Below, piece by piece: positions 41,753 to 52,088 of a stretch of 64,000 bases of DNA; position 1 is the stretch's first letter, and the number at the start of each line of letters is the position of its first letter. Both the position numbers and the translations under genes were made by a program. The notes below the pieces were generated by a model. The model was not told the DNA's origin. It made no database searches and was given only the letters and a program-made list of their open reading frames with translations. The stretch spans positions 192,754-256,753 of the forward strand of contig CANSJQ010000002.1 in NCBI GenBank assembly GCA_947647275.1. Direction: 5' to 3'. This stretch comes from an uncultured Clostridiaceae bacterium. GTDB lineage: Bacteria; Bacillota; Clostridia; TANB77; CAG-508.

Positions 41753-42072
41753 AAAAATCAATTTATTTAATATTATTTTATACTTTAATTTTTATATTTT
41801 TTAGTTATAGTATTTCATACTGTTTTGGAGAGCCAAAATTAGTTTCAACTTTAAATAACGCTTTCGAAAAAATAGAAGATTGGCTACTAAAATTAGCAAC
41901 ACCCGTTGCCGCAGTTGCAGTAATTACAGGAGCTTTTATGAAAAAATTTAGCTTTGGAGATGAAGAAAGAATTCGTGTAGGAAAGAAATTAATTAAAGGG
42001 AGTTTATTTTCTTATGCTTTCGTTTTAGTAATTAATTTAGTATTATCAGCAATTCAGTCCTTATTAACCTAG
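41749..42072 (+). CDS. VirB2/TrbC-like pilin
   Basis: Signal-like N-terminus, two hydrophobic helices flanking GDEERIRVGKK. Confidence 0.65.
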   Translation: MKKSIYLILFYTLIFIFFSYSISYCFGEPKLVSTLNNAFEKIEDWLLKLATPVAAVAVITGAFMKKFSFGDEERIRVGKKLIKGSLFSYAFVLVINLVLSAIQSLLT

Positions 42073-42137
42073 TTAAATTTATAAACAATAATTCTACATT
42101 CTAATAAAACACTATGATACAAAAGGAGGTAATTATT

Positions 42138-43016
42138 ATTAATACTCAATCAAATATTACTGAAACTATTATAAATACCATTAACACAATATTTAGCACA
42201 TTATTTTCTTCAATAGATAATAATATATATTCAATTTTAGATAAACTAACATTTATAGACATAGATATAATAAATAACTCAATTATGGATAAATTACTAG
42301 GTTCTAATTTATCTAATAGTCTACTTGCAATTACAAATGCCTTATTATTTGGTTTTAGTATTTATTACTGTATAAAATTATTATACTCACATTTTACATA
42401 TACCCAAATAGAAAAGCCATATCAATTTGTTTTTAAACTTTTAATATTTGCAATATGTATAAATTCTTCATATTTTATTTGTGAACAAATTATAAATATT
42501 AATTATTTAATATCTGGTTCAATAAAAGAAATTGGAAAAAATATTTTTCATACAGATATTTGTTTTAATAATTTAATTTTAAACTTAAATTCAATTATTA
42601 GTATAGAAGCAGATTCATTTAATATTTTTAGTGTTGATGGAATATTAAAAGGTTTTATTTCCTTTGGACTATTTAATTTAGTATTTTCTTATGCTTTAAG
42701 GTATGTTATGATTAAAGTTTTCATATTAATTTCTCCTTTTGCATTTTTAACCCTAACCAACTATTCTACTTCTTGGTTTTTCAAAAGTTGGATTAGAAAC
42801 TTTATAGGTCTACTATTATTACAATCTTTAATTGCGTTTATTTTATTAATAGTTTTTTCAATAGATTATAATTCTACAGATTTATTTTCAAAATTCTTAT
42901 ACATAGGTGGAATATATGCTTTAAGTAGAGCTAATACATACATTAGAGAATTAATAGGAGGAATTTCTACCGATATTTCAAATGCATTTGGTAGTATAAA
43001 AGGCTTACTAAAATAG
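42138..43016 (+). CDS. VirB6/TrbL-like polytopic membrane protein
   Basis: Y..RYVMI.VFILISPFAFL...TS.FFKSW.R motif; AGGAGGT RBS points to an ATT start. Confidence 0.75.
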   Translation: MNTQSNITETIINTINTIFSTLFSSIDNNIYSILDKLTFIDIDIINNSIMDKLLGSNLSNSLLAITNALLFGFSIYYCIKLLYSHFTYTQIEKPYQFVFKLLIFAICINSSYFICEQIININYLISGSIKEIGKNIFHTDICFNNLILNLNSIISIEADSFNIFSVDGILKGFISFGLFNLVFSYALRYVMIKVFILISPFAFLTLTNYSTSWFFKSWIRNFIGLLLLQSLIAFILLIVFSIDYNSTDLFSKFLYIGGIYALSRANTYIRELIGGISTDISNAFGSIKGLLK

Positions 43017-43053
43017 GTTGTTATAAATTTATTTTTAAGAAAGGATACTTTAT

Positions 43054-43338
43054 ATGAAATTTATTTTTCCACAAAATTATAATTTTAAAATAAAACTATT
43101 AGGTTTTATAGATTACCCCGTTGCTATTTTTAATATTGTTCTATGGCTCATTATTTATTTTTTTATTAATTTAATTTTCAAAGATTTATATCTAAAAATA
43201 ATTATATTCATTTCAATTGCATTCCCTGTTCTTTTAATAAGCATTATTGGTTTCAACCATGAAAATATTATTTATGTTTTTTATTATATTTTTAAGTTTA
43301 TGAAAAATAGGCGTGTTTATTTATATATAAAAAAATAA
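43054..43338 (+). CDS. PrgI/VirB3-like small membrane protein
   Basis: FIFPQNY.F..KLLG, two TMs, basic C-terminus. Confidence 0.6.
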   Translation: MKFIFPQNYNFKIKLLGFIDYPVAIFNIVLWLIIYFFINLIFKDLYLKIIIFISIAFPVLLISIIGFNHENIIYVFYYIFKFMKNRRVYLYIKK

Positions 43339-43364
43339 ATTTAAAATTTAAAAGGAGTATTTAT

Positions 43365-44222
43365 ATGAAAAATAATTTTATATATAAAACAGAAAAAGAT
43401 TTTGAAAGTATTAAATATACTGATGAAAATGGAGTTGGATTTTGGTATGCAAGAGAGTTAATGATAACATTAGAATATAGCAAATGGGAAAATTTTATTA
43501 AGGTGATTAATAAAGCTAAGCAATCTTGTAAAAACAGCAATATAAGCGTGTTTGAACATTTTCCTGACATCAGGAAAACGTTACAAATGCCCAATAATGC
43601 TGAAAAAATCATTGTTGATTATAGACTAACTAGATATGCTTGTTATTTAATTGCTCAAAATGGTGATAGTAGGAAGAAAACTATTGCTCTTACACAAACA
43701 TATTTTGCAATTCAAACTAGAAAACAAGAACTAACTAGACAAGAATATGATAAATTATCAGAAGATGAAAAACGATTATATACAAGAGAAAATGTAGGAA
43801 ATAAGAATAAATACTTATTTAATACCGCTAAAATGTCAGGCGTACAAAACTATGGAAAATTTAATAATTATGGATATAAAGGTTTATATAATAGCGAAAT
43901 TTCAAAAGATATAGCATATAGAAAAGGTATATCCGAAAAATAAGGCATTCTAGATTATATGAGTAGTACTGAATTAGTAGCTAATTTATTTAGAATAACT
44001 CAAACAGATGAAGTATTAAAAAATAAAAATGTTAATAATGAAAATGATGCTTGTATAACACACCCTAAAATTGAACAAGCAGTTAGGCAAACTATTAAAA
44101 GGATTGGTGGAACAATGCCAGAAAATTTACCAACCCCAAATAAAAGTGCTAAACAAGTTGAAAAAGAAAGGTATAAAATTTCAGATTATAATTCTCAATT
44201 TAAAAAGAAAAAATTAAAATAA
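43365..44222 (+). pseudogene. dinD: DinD/BRO-like DNA-damage-inducible protein with an in-frame TAA
   Basis: FWYAREL...DYRLTRYACYLIAQNGD; TAA at 43941 followed in the same frame by GILDYMSSTELVANLFR. Confidence 0.85.
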
Positions 44223-44331
44223 TCGCATTATAATACAGTTTTAAATTTTCATTATATAAATTGTTGTAAAATTCGACTAAAGATGATATAATTTCTTCAA
44301 TCTTAATCTATATTATGAAAGGAGAATTTAT

Positions 44332-45297
44332 ATGAAATTAGAACAGAACGATTTACCTATGTTATTTTCATCTACTGAGTTACCTGATGTGTTTTTTACA
44401 GAATATTTATCTCAAGCTAGTGGTGATTATATAAAAATATATTTATATATTGTTTTTCTATCTAAATATGGAAAAGATGTAAAAATAAATGATTTGTCTA
44501 AAAAATTAAATATAGATTTTAAAACTATTCAAGAAGGAATTAAATATTGGGAAGATAATGGTGTTATTACTAAGAAAAATACTGGCTATATAATTAATAA
44601 TTTACAAGAAATTGAACTACATAAACTATATAAACCAAAAGTTTCATTATCTGCTGAAAGTATAAAACAAACTGCTCAAAATCAATATAGAGCAAAAGCT
44701 ATTGAAAATATAAATAATTTATTCTTCCAAGGAATAATGTCTCCTTCATGGTATAGTGATATTGATTTATGGTTTAAAAAATATTCTTTTGATGAAGAAG
44801 TTATGATTGCATTATTTCAATATTGTTATAATAGAAGTGCTCTTCATAGGAATTATATACAAACAGTAGCAGAAGCATGGTTTAAAAGTAATGTCAAAAC
44901 ATTTTCAGATTTAGATAGTTTATTTGAGAAACAAGAAAAATTAAATACATTATATAAATCTATTGGCAAAAAATTAGGTTACACAAGAGCTTTAACAGAA
45001 TATGAAAAAGGATATATAGAAAAATGGACGATAGAATATGCATTTGGCTTAAATATTATAGAAATTGCCTTAAAGAAAACAACAGCAAAAACTAACCCTA
45101 ATTTTGACTATTTAGATAAATTACTTTCAGACTGGCACGATAGAGGCTTAAAAACTGTAGAAGAAATTGAAAACTTTTTAAGTGAATTTAAACAAAAGAA
45201 TAAAGATATTAAAAAATTAGAAAAAAATACTGGATATAATAATTATGAACAGAGAAAATATGATAATTTAAATAGCTTGTATGCTAATTTAGGTTAA
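44332..45297 (+). CDS. DnaD-domain replication protein
   Basis: Two DnaB_2 repeats (YIQTVAEAW, YLDKLLSDW..G..T). Confidence 0.88.
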   Translation: MKLEQNDLPMLFSSTELPDVFFTEYLSQASGDYIKIYLYIVFLSKYGKDVKINDLSKKLNIDFKTIQEGIKYWEDNGVITKKNTGYIINNLQEIELHKLYKPKVSLSAESIKQTAQNQYRAKAIENINNLFFQGIMSPSWYSDIDLWFKKYSFDEEVMIALFQYCYNRSALHRNYIQTVAEAWFKSNVKTFSDLDSLFEKQEKLNTLYKSIGKKLGYTRALTEYEKGYIEKWTIEYAFGLNIIEIALKKTTAKTNPNFDYLDKLLSDWHDRGLKTVEEIENFLSEFKQKNKDIKKLEKNTGYNNYEQRKYDNLNSLYANLG

Positions 45298-45313
45298 TTT
45301 AGGAGGATTAACT

Positions 45314-46315
45314 TTGAATAATTCTAATTTAAAGAATTTATTAAGTGAATATGAAAAAAAGAGGTTAAATGCTATATATGATGCTGAAAAAAGAAAAGAG
45401 CAAGTATATAAAGAAAACCCTCGTTTAGAAGAATTAGATGATGCTTTAAGTAAAGAAGCAATTAGAGTTTCTAAATTGTTAATTGTTTCAAAGGATGCTA
45501 CTCTTTTAGAAGAACTAAATAAGAAAATATCTGAGTTAAAAGATGAAAAAATAAAAATATTAAATTCAATTGGAAAAGATATTAATTATTTAAAACCTAT
45601 TTATGAGTGTGAGACCTGCGAAGATACTGGATATATTACAAAAAATTATAATACTACTATGTGTCATTGTTTAAAGCAAAAATTATTTAATATAGAATAT
45701 AATAAATCAAATATATATAATTTAGAAAAACAAAATTTTAATAATTTTTCATTAGATTTATATTCTAGTGAAATTGATGAAAAAAAATATAATTCAAAAA
45801 TTTCTCCAAAAGAGAATATAGAAAAAATTAAAAAATTATGTTTTAATTTTATAGAAAATTTTGATAACGAGGAAGAAAAAAATCTTTTATTTACAGGAAA
45901 TACCGGTTTAGGAAAGTCTTTCTTATCAAGCTGTATTGCAAATGAAGTATTAAAAAAAGGAAAAACAGTTCTTTACCAAACAGCACCTGTAATGTTAGAT
46001 ACAATTATAGACTACCGCTTTGGAAAACAAACTTCTTCAAAAGATATTTATGATAATTTATTAAATGTAGATTTATTAATAATAGATGACTTAGGAACAG
46101 AATGTATGAACTCAATGAAATTTTCTGAGTTATTCAATATAATAAATACACGTTTATTAAACTCAAACAATAAAATAACAAAAACAATTATCTCTACAAA
46201 TTTGAGCTTACAAAACTTGTTTTCCACATATGATGAACGTATTGTGTCTAGAATAGTAGGAAATTATAATATTTGTTACTTTTTTGGAGATGATATTAGG
46301 TTTAAGAAAAGATAA
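45314..46315 (+). CDS. DnaC/DnaI-like helicase loader ATPase
   Basis: CETCEDTG..CHC zinc site; GNTGLGKS; LLIIDDLGTE; STNL. Confidence 0.9.
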   Translation: MNNSNLKNLLSEYEKKRLNAIYDAEKRKEQVYKENPRLEELDDALSKEAIRVSKLLIVSKDATLLEELNKKISELKDEKIKILNSIGKDINYLKPIYECETCEDTGYITKNYNTTMCHCLKQKLFNIEYNKSNIYNLEKQNFNNFSLDLYSSEIDEKKYNSKISPKENIEKIKKLCFNFIENFDNEEEKNLLFTGNTGLGKSFLSSCIANEVLKKGKTVLYQTAPVMLDTIIDYRFGKQTSSKDIYDNLLNVDLLIIDDLGTECMNSMKFSELFNIINTRLLNSNNKITKTIISTNLSLQNLFSTYDERIVSRIVGNYNICYFFGDDIRFKKR

Positions 46316-46434
46316 AAAATTTTAAAGCAATAATATACATAATTGTTTTATGTATATTATTGCTTTTTTTATGTAATCGTAGTATAATTGATTTATACTT
46401 ATTAATTTATATATAATAAAAGGAGGATGTTTGC

Positions 46435-46650
46435 ATGAATACTTTTTTAACAGTAGTTCTTTTTATTGCATGGTTGGCTTTGATTGCTATCCTTTCTATT
46501 GTAGCCTGCTACTTTGCACATGGATGCATTAACGGGCTCCGGGAAAAACACAAGACATCAGGAGATATTTGGTGGTGCATTACAGGTATCTTTATAACTA
46601 TTTTTGTCATATGTGTTGATATAATTGTTATCGCAGCACCTTTTATCTAA
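46435..46650 (+). CDS. Small two-TM membrane protein
   Basis: AGGAGG RBS; two hydrophobic helices; contains an in-frame CGG. Confidence 0.65.
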   Translation: MNTFLTVVLFIAWLALIAILSIVACYFAHGCINGLREKHKTSGDIWWCITGIFITIFVICVDIIVIAAPFI

Positions 46651-46713
46651 CCAACCGATTTCAGTAAAGCAAACAAAAAAGAGTTTCAGAATTGAAACTC
46701 TTTTTTGTTATTT

Positions 46714-49164
46714 TTATTCTTCTGTTTCATTTTCAGAATTTATTAATTCTATACTTACAACTTTTCCACCATCATTAGTTCTCATTAATGTAACACCTTG
46801 TGTTGAACGTCCTAGTACACTTATATCTTCTACTTTTAGTCTTATTATTGTTCCTTTGTCTGTTATAAGCATTACGTCTTCTTCTCCAGTTGCTATTCTT
46901 ATTCCTACTATGTCACCTGTTTTTGGTGTTATTTTATAGGTTAATACTCCTCTTCCGCCTCTGTTTTGTACTCTGTATTCGTCTAATTCTGTTCTTTTTC
47001 CAAAGCCGTGTTCTGTTATTGAAAGTAGTGTTGCTTTGCTTCCTACTATTATACTTTCCATTCCTATTACTTCGTCGCCGTCGTCTAAACGTATTCCTAT
47101 AACTCCTTGTGCTGTTCTTCCTACTGAACGTACATCTTTTTCGCTATATGTTATTGCTAAACCTTTTTTTGTTACCATTACTATATTGTCTTGTCCATCT
47201 GTAAGTCTTACATCTATTAATTCGTCATCATCTTTTAGTGCTATTGCTAACAATCCTGTTGTTCTTGAAGAATCGTATTCATTTAGTGGTGTTTTTTTAA
47301 TTAAACCACTCTTTGTTCCCATTAGTAAGTATTTTCCTTCTGCAAAATTTTGAATTGGTATTATTGTTGATACTTTTTCTCCACTATCTAATTTCAATAA
47401 ATTAACTATTGCTGTTCCTTTAGCTGTTCTACCTGATTCTGGTATTTGGTATCCTTTTAATTTATATAATTTACCTTTATTTGTGAAGAATAATATTGTG
47501 TCATGTGTTGATGCTGTAAATATTTGTTTTACAAAGTCATCTTCTTTGGTTGTCATTCCTGTAATGCCTTTTCCACCTCTTCTTTGACTCTTATATGTGT
47601 CTATTGGCATTCTTTTTATATATCCAAAGTGACTTAAGGTTATTACACATTGTTCTTCTTTTATTAAGTCTTCTAATTCGAAATCTCCTTCTGCTGCTAC
47701 TATTTTTGTTTTTCTTTCATCTCCGAATTTTTCTCTTATTTCTATTAATTCTTCTTTTATTATTTCACAAACTAATCTTTCACTATTTAATATTTCTCTT
47801 AAATGAGCTATTAATTCCATTAATTGTTTGTATTCTTCTTCTATTTTTTCACGTTGTAAACCTGATAGTGTTTTTAATCTCATATCTAGTATAGCTTGTG
47901 CTTGTATGTCTGAAAGACCAAATCTATCCATTAATTTTTCTTTTGCATCATCATAAGAATTACGGATAATATTAATTACTTCATCAATATTGTCGATAGC
48001 TATTCTTAAACCTTCTAAAATGTGTGCTCTAGCTAATGCTTTGTCAAGTTCGAATTTTGTTCTACGAACTACTACATCTTTTCTATGATTTATATAGTGG
48101 TCTAAACATTGTCTTAATGTTAATATTTTTGGTTCTCCATTGACTAATGCAAGCATTATAATACCAAAAGTAATTTGCATTTGTGTAAATTTATATAATT
48201 GATTTAATATTACATTAGCATTTGCATCTCTTTTTAGCTCAACAACTACTCTAACTTTGTGCTCTCTGTCAGATTCGTCTCTTATTTCGCCTATTCCTTC
48301 AATTCTTTTTTCCCTAACTAATGCAGCAATATTTTCTATTAATTTGGCTTTATTTACTTGGTATGGAAGTGAGTTAACTACTATTCTTTGTTTATTTCCA
48401 CTCATCTCTTCTATTTCTGCTTCAGCTCTTAATGTTATTTTTCCTCTTCCTGTTGTATATGCTTCTTTTATTCCTTCTCTTCCTAAAATTAAACCTTCTG
48501 TTGGGAAGTCTGGACCTTTTATTACTCCCATTAAGTCTTCGTCTGTTATATTATCTTCATCTATTATTTTTATAATTCCATTTATAACTTCTGTTAAGTT
48601 ATGTGGAGGTATATTTGTTGCCATACCTACGGCTATACCTGAAGAACCATTTACTAAAAGTGCTGGTATTTTTGCTGGTAACACTGTTGGCTCTTGAAGT
48701 CTATCATCAAAGTTTGGCATGAAATCTACTGTATTTTTCTCAATATCTGTAAGCATAACTTCTGCCATTTTTGACATTCTAGCTTCTGTATAACGGTAAG
48801 CAGCAGCTCCATCACCATCAATAGAACCAAAATTTCCATGTCCATCAATTAATTGATATCTCATAGAGAAATCTTGTGCAAGTCTTACCATTGCATCATA
48901 AACTGAACTATCTCCATGTGGATGATACCTACCTAAAACGTCTCCAACTGTTGTTGCAGATTTTCTATATGGCTTGTCTGGTGTTAATCCATCTTCATGC
49001 ATTGTATATAAAATTCTTCTATGTACTGGTTTTAAACCATCTCTAACATCTGGAAGTGCACGAGATACTATAACACTCATTGCATAGTCAATATATGCTG
49101 TTTTCATCTCTTGCTCAATATCTCTGTTAATAATTTTTCCATCTTTGTCTTGTATTTCTTCCAT
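46714..49164 (-). CDS. gyrA: DNA gyrase subunit A
   Basis: RALPDVRDGLKPVHRR, HPHGDS, AAAYRYTE, GyrA box QRRGGKG. Confidence 0.98.
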   Translation of the reverse strand: MEEIQDKDGKIINRDIEQEMKTAYIDYAMSVIVSRALPDVRDGLKPVHRRILYTMHEDGLTPDKPYRKSATTVGDVLGRYHPHGDSSVYDAMVRLAQDFSMRYQLIDGHGNFGSIDGDGAAAYRYTEARMSKMAEVMLTDIEKNTVDFMPNFDDRLQEPTVLPAKIPALLVNGSSGIAVGMATNIPPHNLTEVINGIIKIIDEDNITDEDLMGVIKGPDFPTEGLILGREGIKEAYTTGRGKITLRAEAEIEEMSGNKQRIVVNSLPYQVNKAKLIENIAALVREKRIEGIGEIRDESDREHKVRVVVELKRDANANVILNQLYKFTQMQITFGIIMLALVNGEPKILTLRQCLDHYINHRKDVVVRRTKFELDKALARAHILEGLRIAIDNIDEVINIIRNSYDDAKEKLMDRFGLSDIQAQAILDMRLKTLSGLQREKIEEEYKQLMELIAHLREILNSERLVCEIIKEELIEIREKFGDERKTKIVAAEGDFELEDLIKEEQCVITLSHFGYIKRMPIDTYKSQRRGGKGITGMTTKEDDFVKQIFTASTHDTILFFTNKGKLYKLKGYQIPESGRTAKGTAIVNLLKLDSGEKVSTIIPIQNFAEGKYLLMGTKSGLIKKTPLNEYDSSRTTGLLAIALKDDDELIDVRLTDGQDNIVMVTKKGLAITYSEKDVRSVGRTAQGVIGIRLDDGDEVIGMESIIVGSKATLLSITEHGFGKRTELDEYRVQNRGGRGVLTYKITPKTGDIVGIRIATGEEDVMLITDKGTIIRLKVEDISVLGRSTQGVTLMRTNDGGKVVSIELINSENETEE

Positions 49165-49312
49165 TTTTATTTTTCCTTCCTTTCGCTTAGAAACACCTTA
49201 GTTTCTCCTATGTTTGTATTATATTTTAAATATAAAAAAAAAGCAAGAAAAAACAGCAAAAAAACTTAATTTTCCGTAAGTTTTTTGCTGTTTTTTATAT
49301 ACTTTTTACTAC

Positions 49313-49558
49313 TTATATTTCTACGCCATTTTCCCATATTTCTTCTGAAGATAAATCTATATTTTAACTCCAACTAATTCCATATCCACTGATATCTACT
49401 ACTACATTGTTAAATATATCTTTATTATTTAATATACTAAATACTTCAATTTTATTTAATAATTCTTTTATATCATATTCCTTCTTTATACCATTTTCAA
49501 ATTCTGCTATAATTATTAAATTTTCTTTTGGAATTATATTTTTTATTTTGTGAAACAT
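49313..49558 (-). pseudogene. DUF2442 family protein with a premature TAA
   Basis: ...GYGISWS* continues in frame as NIDLSSEEIWENGVEI to the stop at 49313. Confidence 0.75.
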
Positions 49559-49581
49559 TATATTTCCCCCTATTCTAATGG

Positions 49582-49824
49582 TTATATTTTTTTAAAGTTT
49601 TGTGTTTTCCATATATCCATTATATCTTCTTTATTTTTTATTATCCATTCTTTTACTAATTTTAATGCTTTTTCTGGCAAATCACCTTCTATAACTTCTA
49701 ATGTTTCAATATTTATTGCAGACATATATTCTCCATATATGGCATGTAAATGTTGTGGATTATTCTCTTTTTGCATAAAATATATTTTTATTACTATTCC
49801 ATAAAATTTTGAAATTACTGGCAT
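49582..49824 (-). CDS. DUF4160 family protein (putative toxin-antitoxin partner of DUF2442)
   Basis: MPVISKFYGIVIKIYF...PQHLHAIYGEY. Confidence 0.88.
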   Translation of the reverse strand: MPVISKFYGIVIKIYFMQKENNPQHLHAIYGEYMSAINIETLEVIEGDLPEKALKLVKEWIIKNKEDIMDIWKTQNFKKI

Positions 49825-49992
49825 CTTTTTCTTTCTTCATTCTATCATTATTTTTTATTTAAATCAACTGTTGAGTTAACTTTTTGTTAATCTTATAAAT
49901 TATATTTTGAATTGTCGACACAGTGAGTCGACAATTCAAATATACTATTATTTACTAATTTAAAGATTTTCCACTCAGTGCGTGGAAAATCT

Positions 49993-50716
49993 TTAAACTA
50001 GCATTTTGGCTAATTCCTGCTGTTCTGTACTTAAATTAAAATCTTTTCCATTATTTTTTATTAAATTATGTAGGTTTTCTATTGTTCTGGCTTCTTTTAT
50101 TGTGTTTTCCATTGGTACTAGTTCTTTTAGTTCTGCTCTCATTTTATATATTTGGTTTGTCATTCCTTCGAAGTCTTTGTTGTTAAAACATTCTTTCCAA
50201 TTGTTTGAATATCTTTGCAGTCTTTCTGCACTTTTTATTTGTTTGTTAAATTCGTTTTCTATATTATTTGCTACATTATTTAATAGTGTGTTTTTTCCTG
50301 TTCTTATTGTTCTTGCTATTGTTGTTGGTAATATTCCTTTTTCTTCAGTTTTTTCTAGTACATAATCTATCGTGTCTGACATTCCATCTATTATTCCACC
50401 TTTTTGAACTGCTGCTTGCATTTGAGATATATTATCGAAGTTTCCTGTAATTATTCCGAATTGCACTTTTTCCTAAATCTATTGCAGATGAAACTACTTT
50501 TTTTATTCCTTCTGATAGTCCTTCATTTAATAATGTATCTTTTATTTCTATTACTTGATTTTCTATTAAATCTGGAAGTAACATTCTAAGTCCTATATCC
50601 ATTCCTACATTTATTGTTTTTCCTAATGTTGATTCTAAAAAATTATTTTGTTTTTTTCCTATTTCTATATTATTTGAAATATTATTTTCTTGTAAATTAT
50701 TTTCTATTAAATTCAT
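49993..50716 (-). CDS. Conserved hypothetical protein, read through a +1 frameshift at CGGA 50458-50455 (joined ~240 aa)
   Basis: Junction ATT-C-GGA-ATA gives ...DLGKSAIGIITGNF... Confidence 0.8.
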
Positions 50717-50731
50717 ATGTTTGTTCTCCTT

Positions 50732-52006
50732 TTATATATTAAGTATTTTTTCATATTCTTTTTTTATTTCTTTTTTTACTAATTTATTTTGTTTATAATT
50801 TTTATTTATTAATAAATTATATTTTTCATTAAAATTTATTTTTCCTAATATTTTATAATCATTAAATATATTTTTAATGATTTTATCTTTTACTGAATGT
50901 TTATTATATTTATTAATTAATAAATTAATTTTATTTTTTTCTATATTCCATTCTTTATTATAAATTTCCAATAAACTTTTTGCTTTTTTTATTTCTATTA
51001 AATTTGCTTCGAATAAATAAATATTTAAGTCACTATTATTTATTATATTTTTTGTATATTCAAAAAAACATTCTGCTGAATTATCTATTATAATATAATC
51101 ATAATTTTCTTTTAATTCTTCTAATATATTTTTTACTTTTGAACTACTTATTTTGTATTTACTATCAAATAATAAATTCATACCTGATATTAAATCTATA
51201 TTTTTATTTATTTTAATAATTAATTCTTTTATATTTATTTTGTTATTTATTAAAGTATTATTTTTAATTTTATTTTTTATTTTTTCTGGATATTTATTTA
51301 CACCAAGAAGGGTGTGTAGACTGTTATTTAGAATATCAAAATCTGTGATTAAAACTTTATAATTATTTTCTTTTAACAAATTAGCAATATTAATAGTAGC
51401 TATACTTTTTCCAACTCCGCCTGTACCTAATATACTAATTACTTTTTTATCTAAATTAATTTTTGTATTTATTCTATTTTTTCTTTTTACTTTTAATTTA
51501 ATTTCTTTTATTATTTTATTTTTAATTTCTTTATTGTTTTCTATTTCTTTTTTATTTATTAAATTTTCTCCATTATTAATATTAATATTATTTTTAATTA
51601 ATATATTTTTTAAATTTTCTAATTCTTGTATTATTTTTTCATTTTCATTGTAATTATTTTTTATTAAATTAATAATATCATTTATTTGTATTTTATTATT
51701 ATAAAATATTTTAAAAATTCCTTTTGCATATAAATAATTTTCTAATTCTTCTTTTTCTGTTTCTAATATTAAAATTATTTTTAATGTATTATTTTTTTCT
51801 TTTATTTTTTCTATTAATTTTTTTATTTCATATTCACCTGGTAAAAATTCACTTAATATTAAATAATCAATCTCTTTTCTATTTTCTAATATTTCGAATA
51901 TACCATCTTGATATAAAATGTCATTTGCTAGTATATTAAATTCATTTATTTCTTTTAATTTATCATTTACAACCGAATTACATAATGCAGTTATTATATT
52001 TTTCAT
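50732..52006 (-). CDS. CpaE/MinD/ParA-like ATPase with N-terminal receiver-like domain
   Basis: ISILGTGGVGKS, VLITDFD, YDYIIID. Confidence 0.75.
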   Translation of the reverse strand: MKNIITALCNSVVNDKLKEINEFNILANDILYQDGIFEILENRKEIDYLILSEFLPGEYEIKKLIEKIKEKNNTLKIILILETEKEELENYLYAKGIFKIFYNNKIQINDIINLIKNNYNENEKIIQELENLKNILIKNNININNGENLINKKEIENNKEIKNKIIKEIKLKVKRKNRINTKINLDKKVISILGTGGVGKSIATINIANLLKENNYKVLITDFDILNNSLHTLLGVNKYPEKIKNKIKNNTLINNKINIKELIIKINKNIDLISGMNLLFDSKYKISSSKVKNILEELKENYDYIIIDNSAECFFEYTKNIINNSDLNIYLFEANLIEIKKAKSLLEIYNKEWNIEKNKINLLINKYNKHSVKDKIIKNIFNDYKILGKINFNEKYNLLINKNYKQNKLVKKEIKKEYEKILNI

Positions 52007-52088
52007 AACTATCCCTCTTTTCTTTTTATGCTTTATGTTTATTAAATTTTAGTGTTTCAATAATTCTTTCTTTTACTTTTATCCGTTA

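Noticed and set aside
44332..46315. Prophage replication module (DnaD + DnaC)
   Set aside because: No phage genes nearby; matches the ordinary clostridial chromosomal DnaD/helicase-loader pair.
49902..49997. Two adjacent hairpins with similar CAGTG loops
   Set aside because: Adequately explained as terminators after the 49993 gene; only two units.
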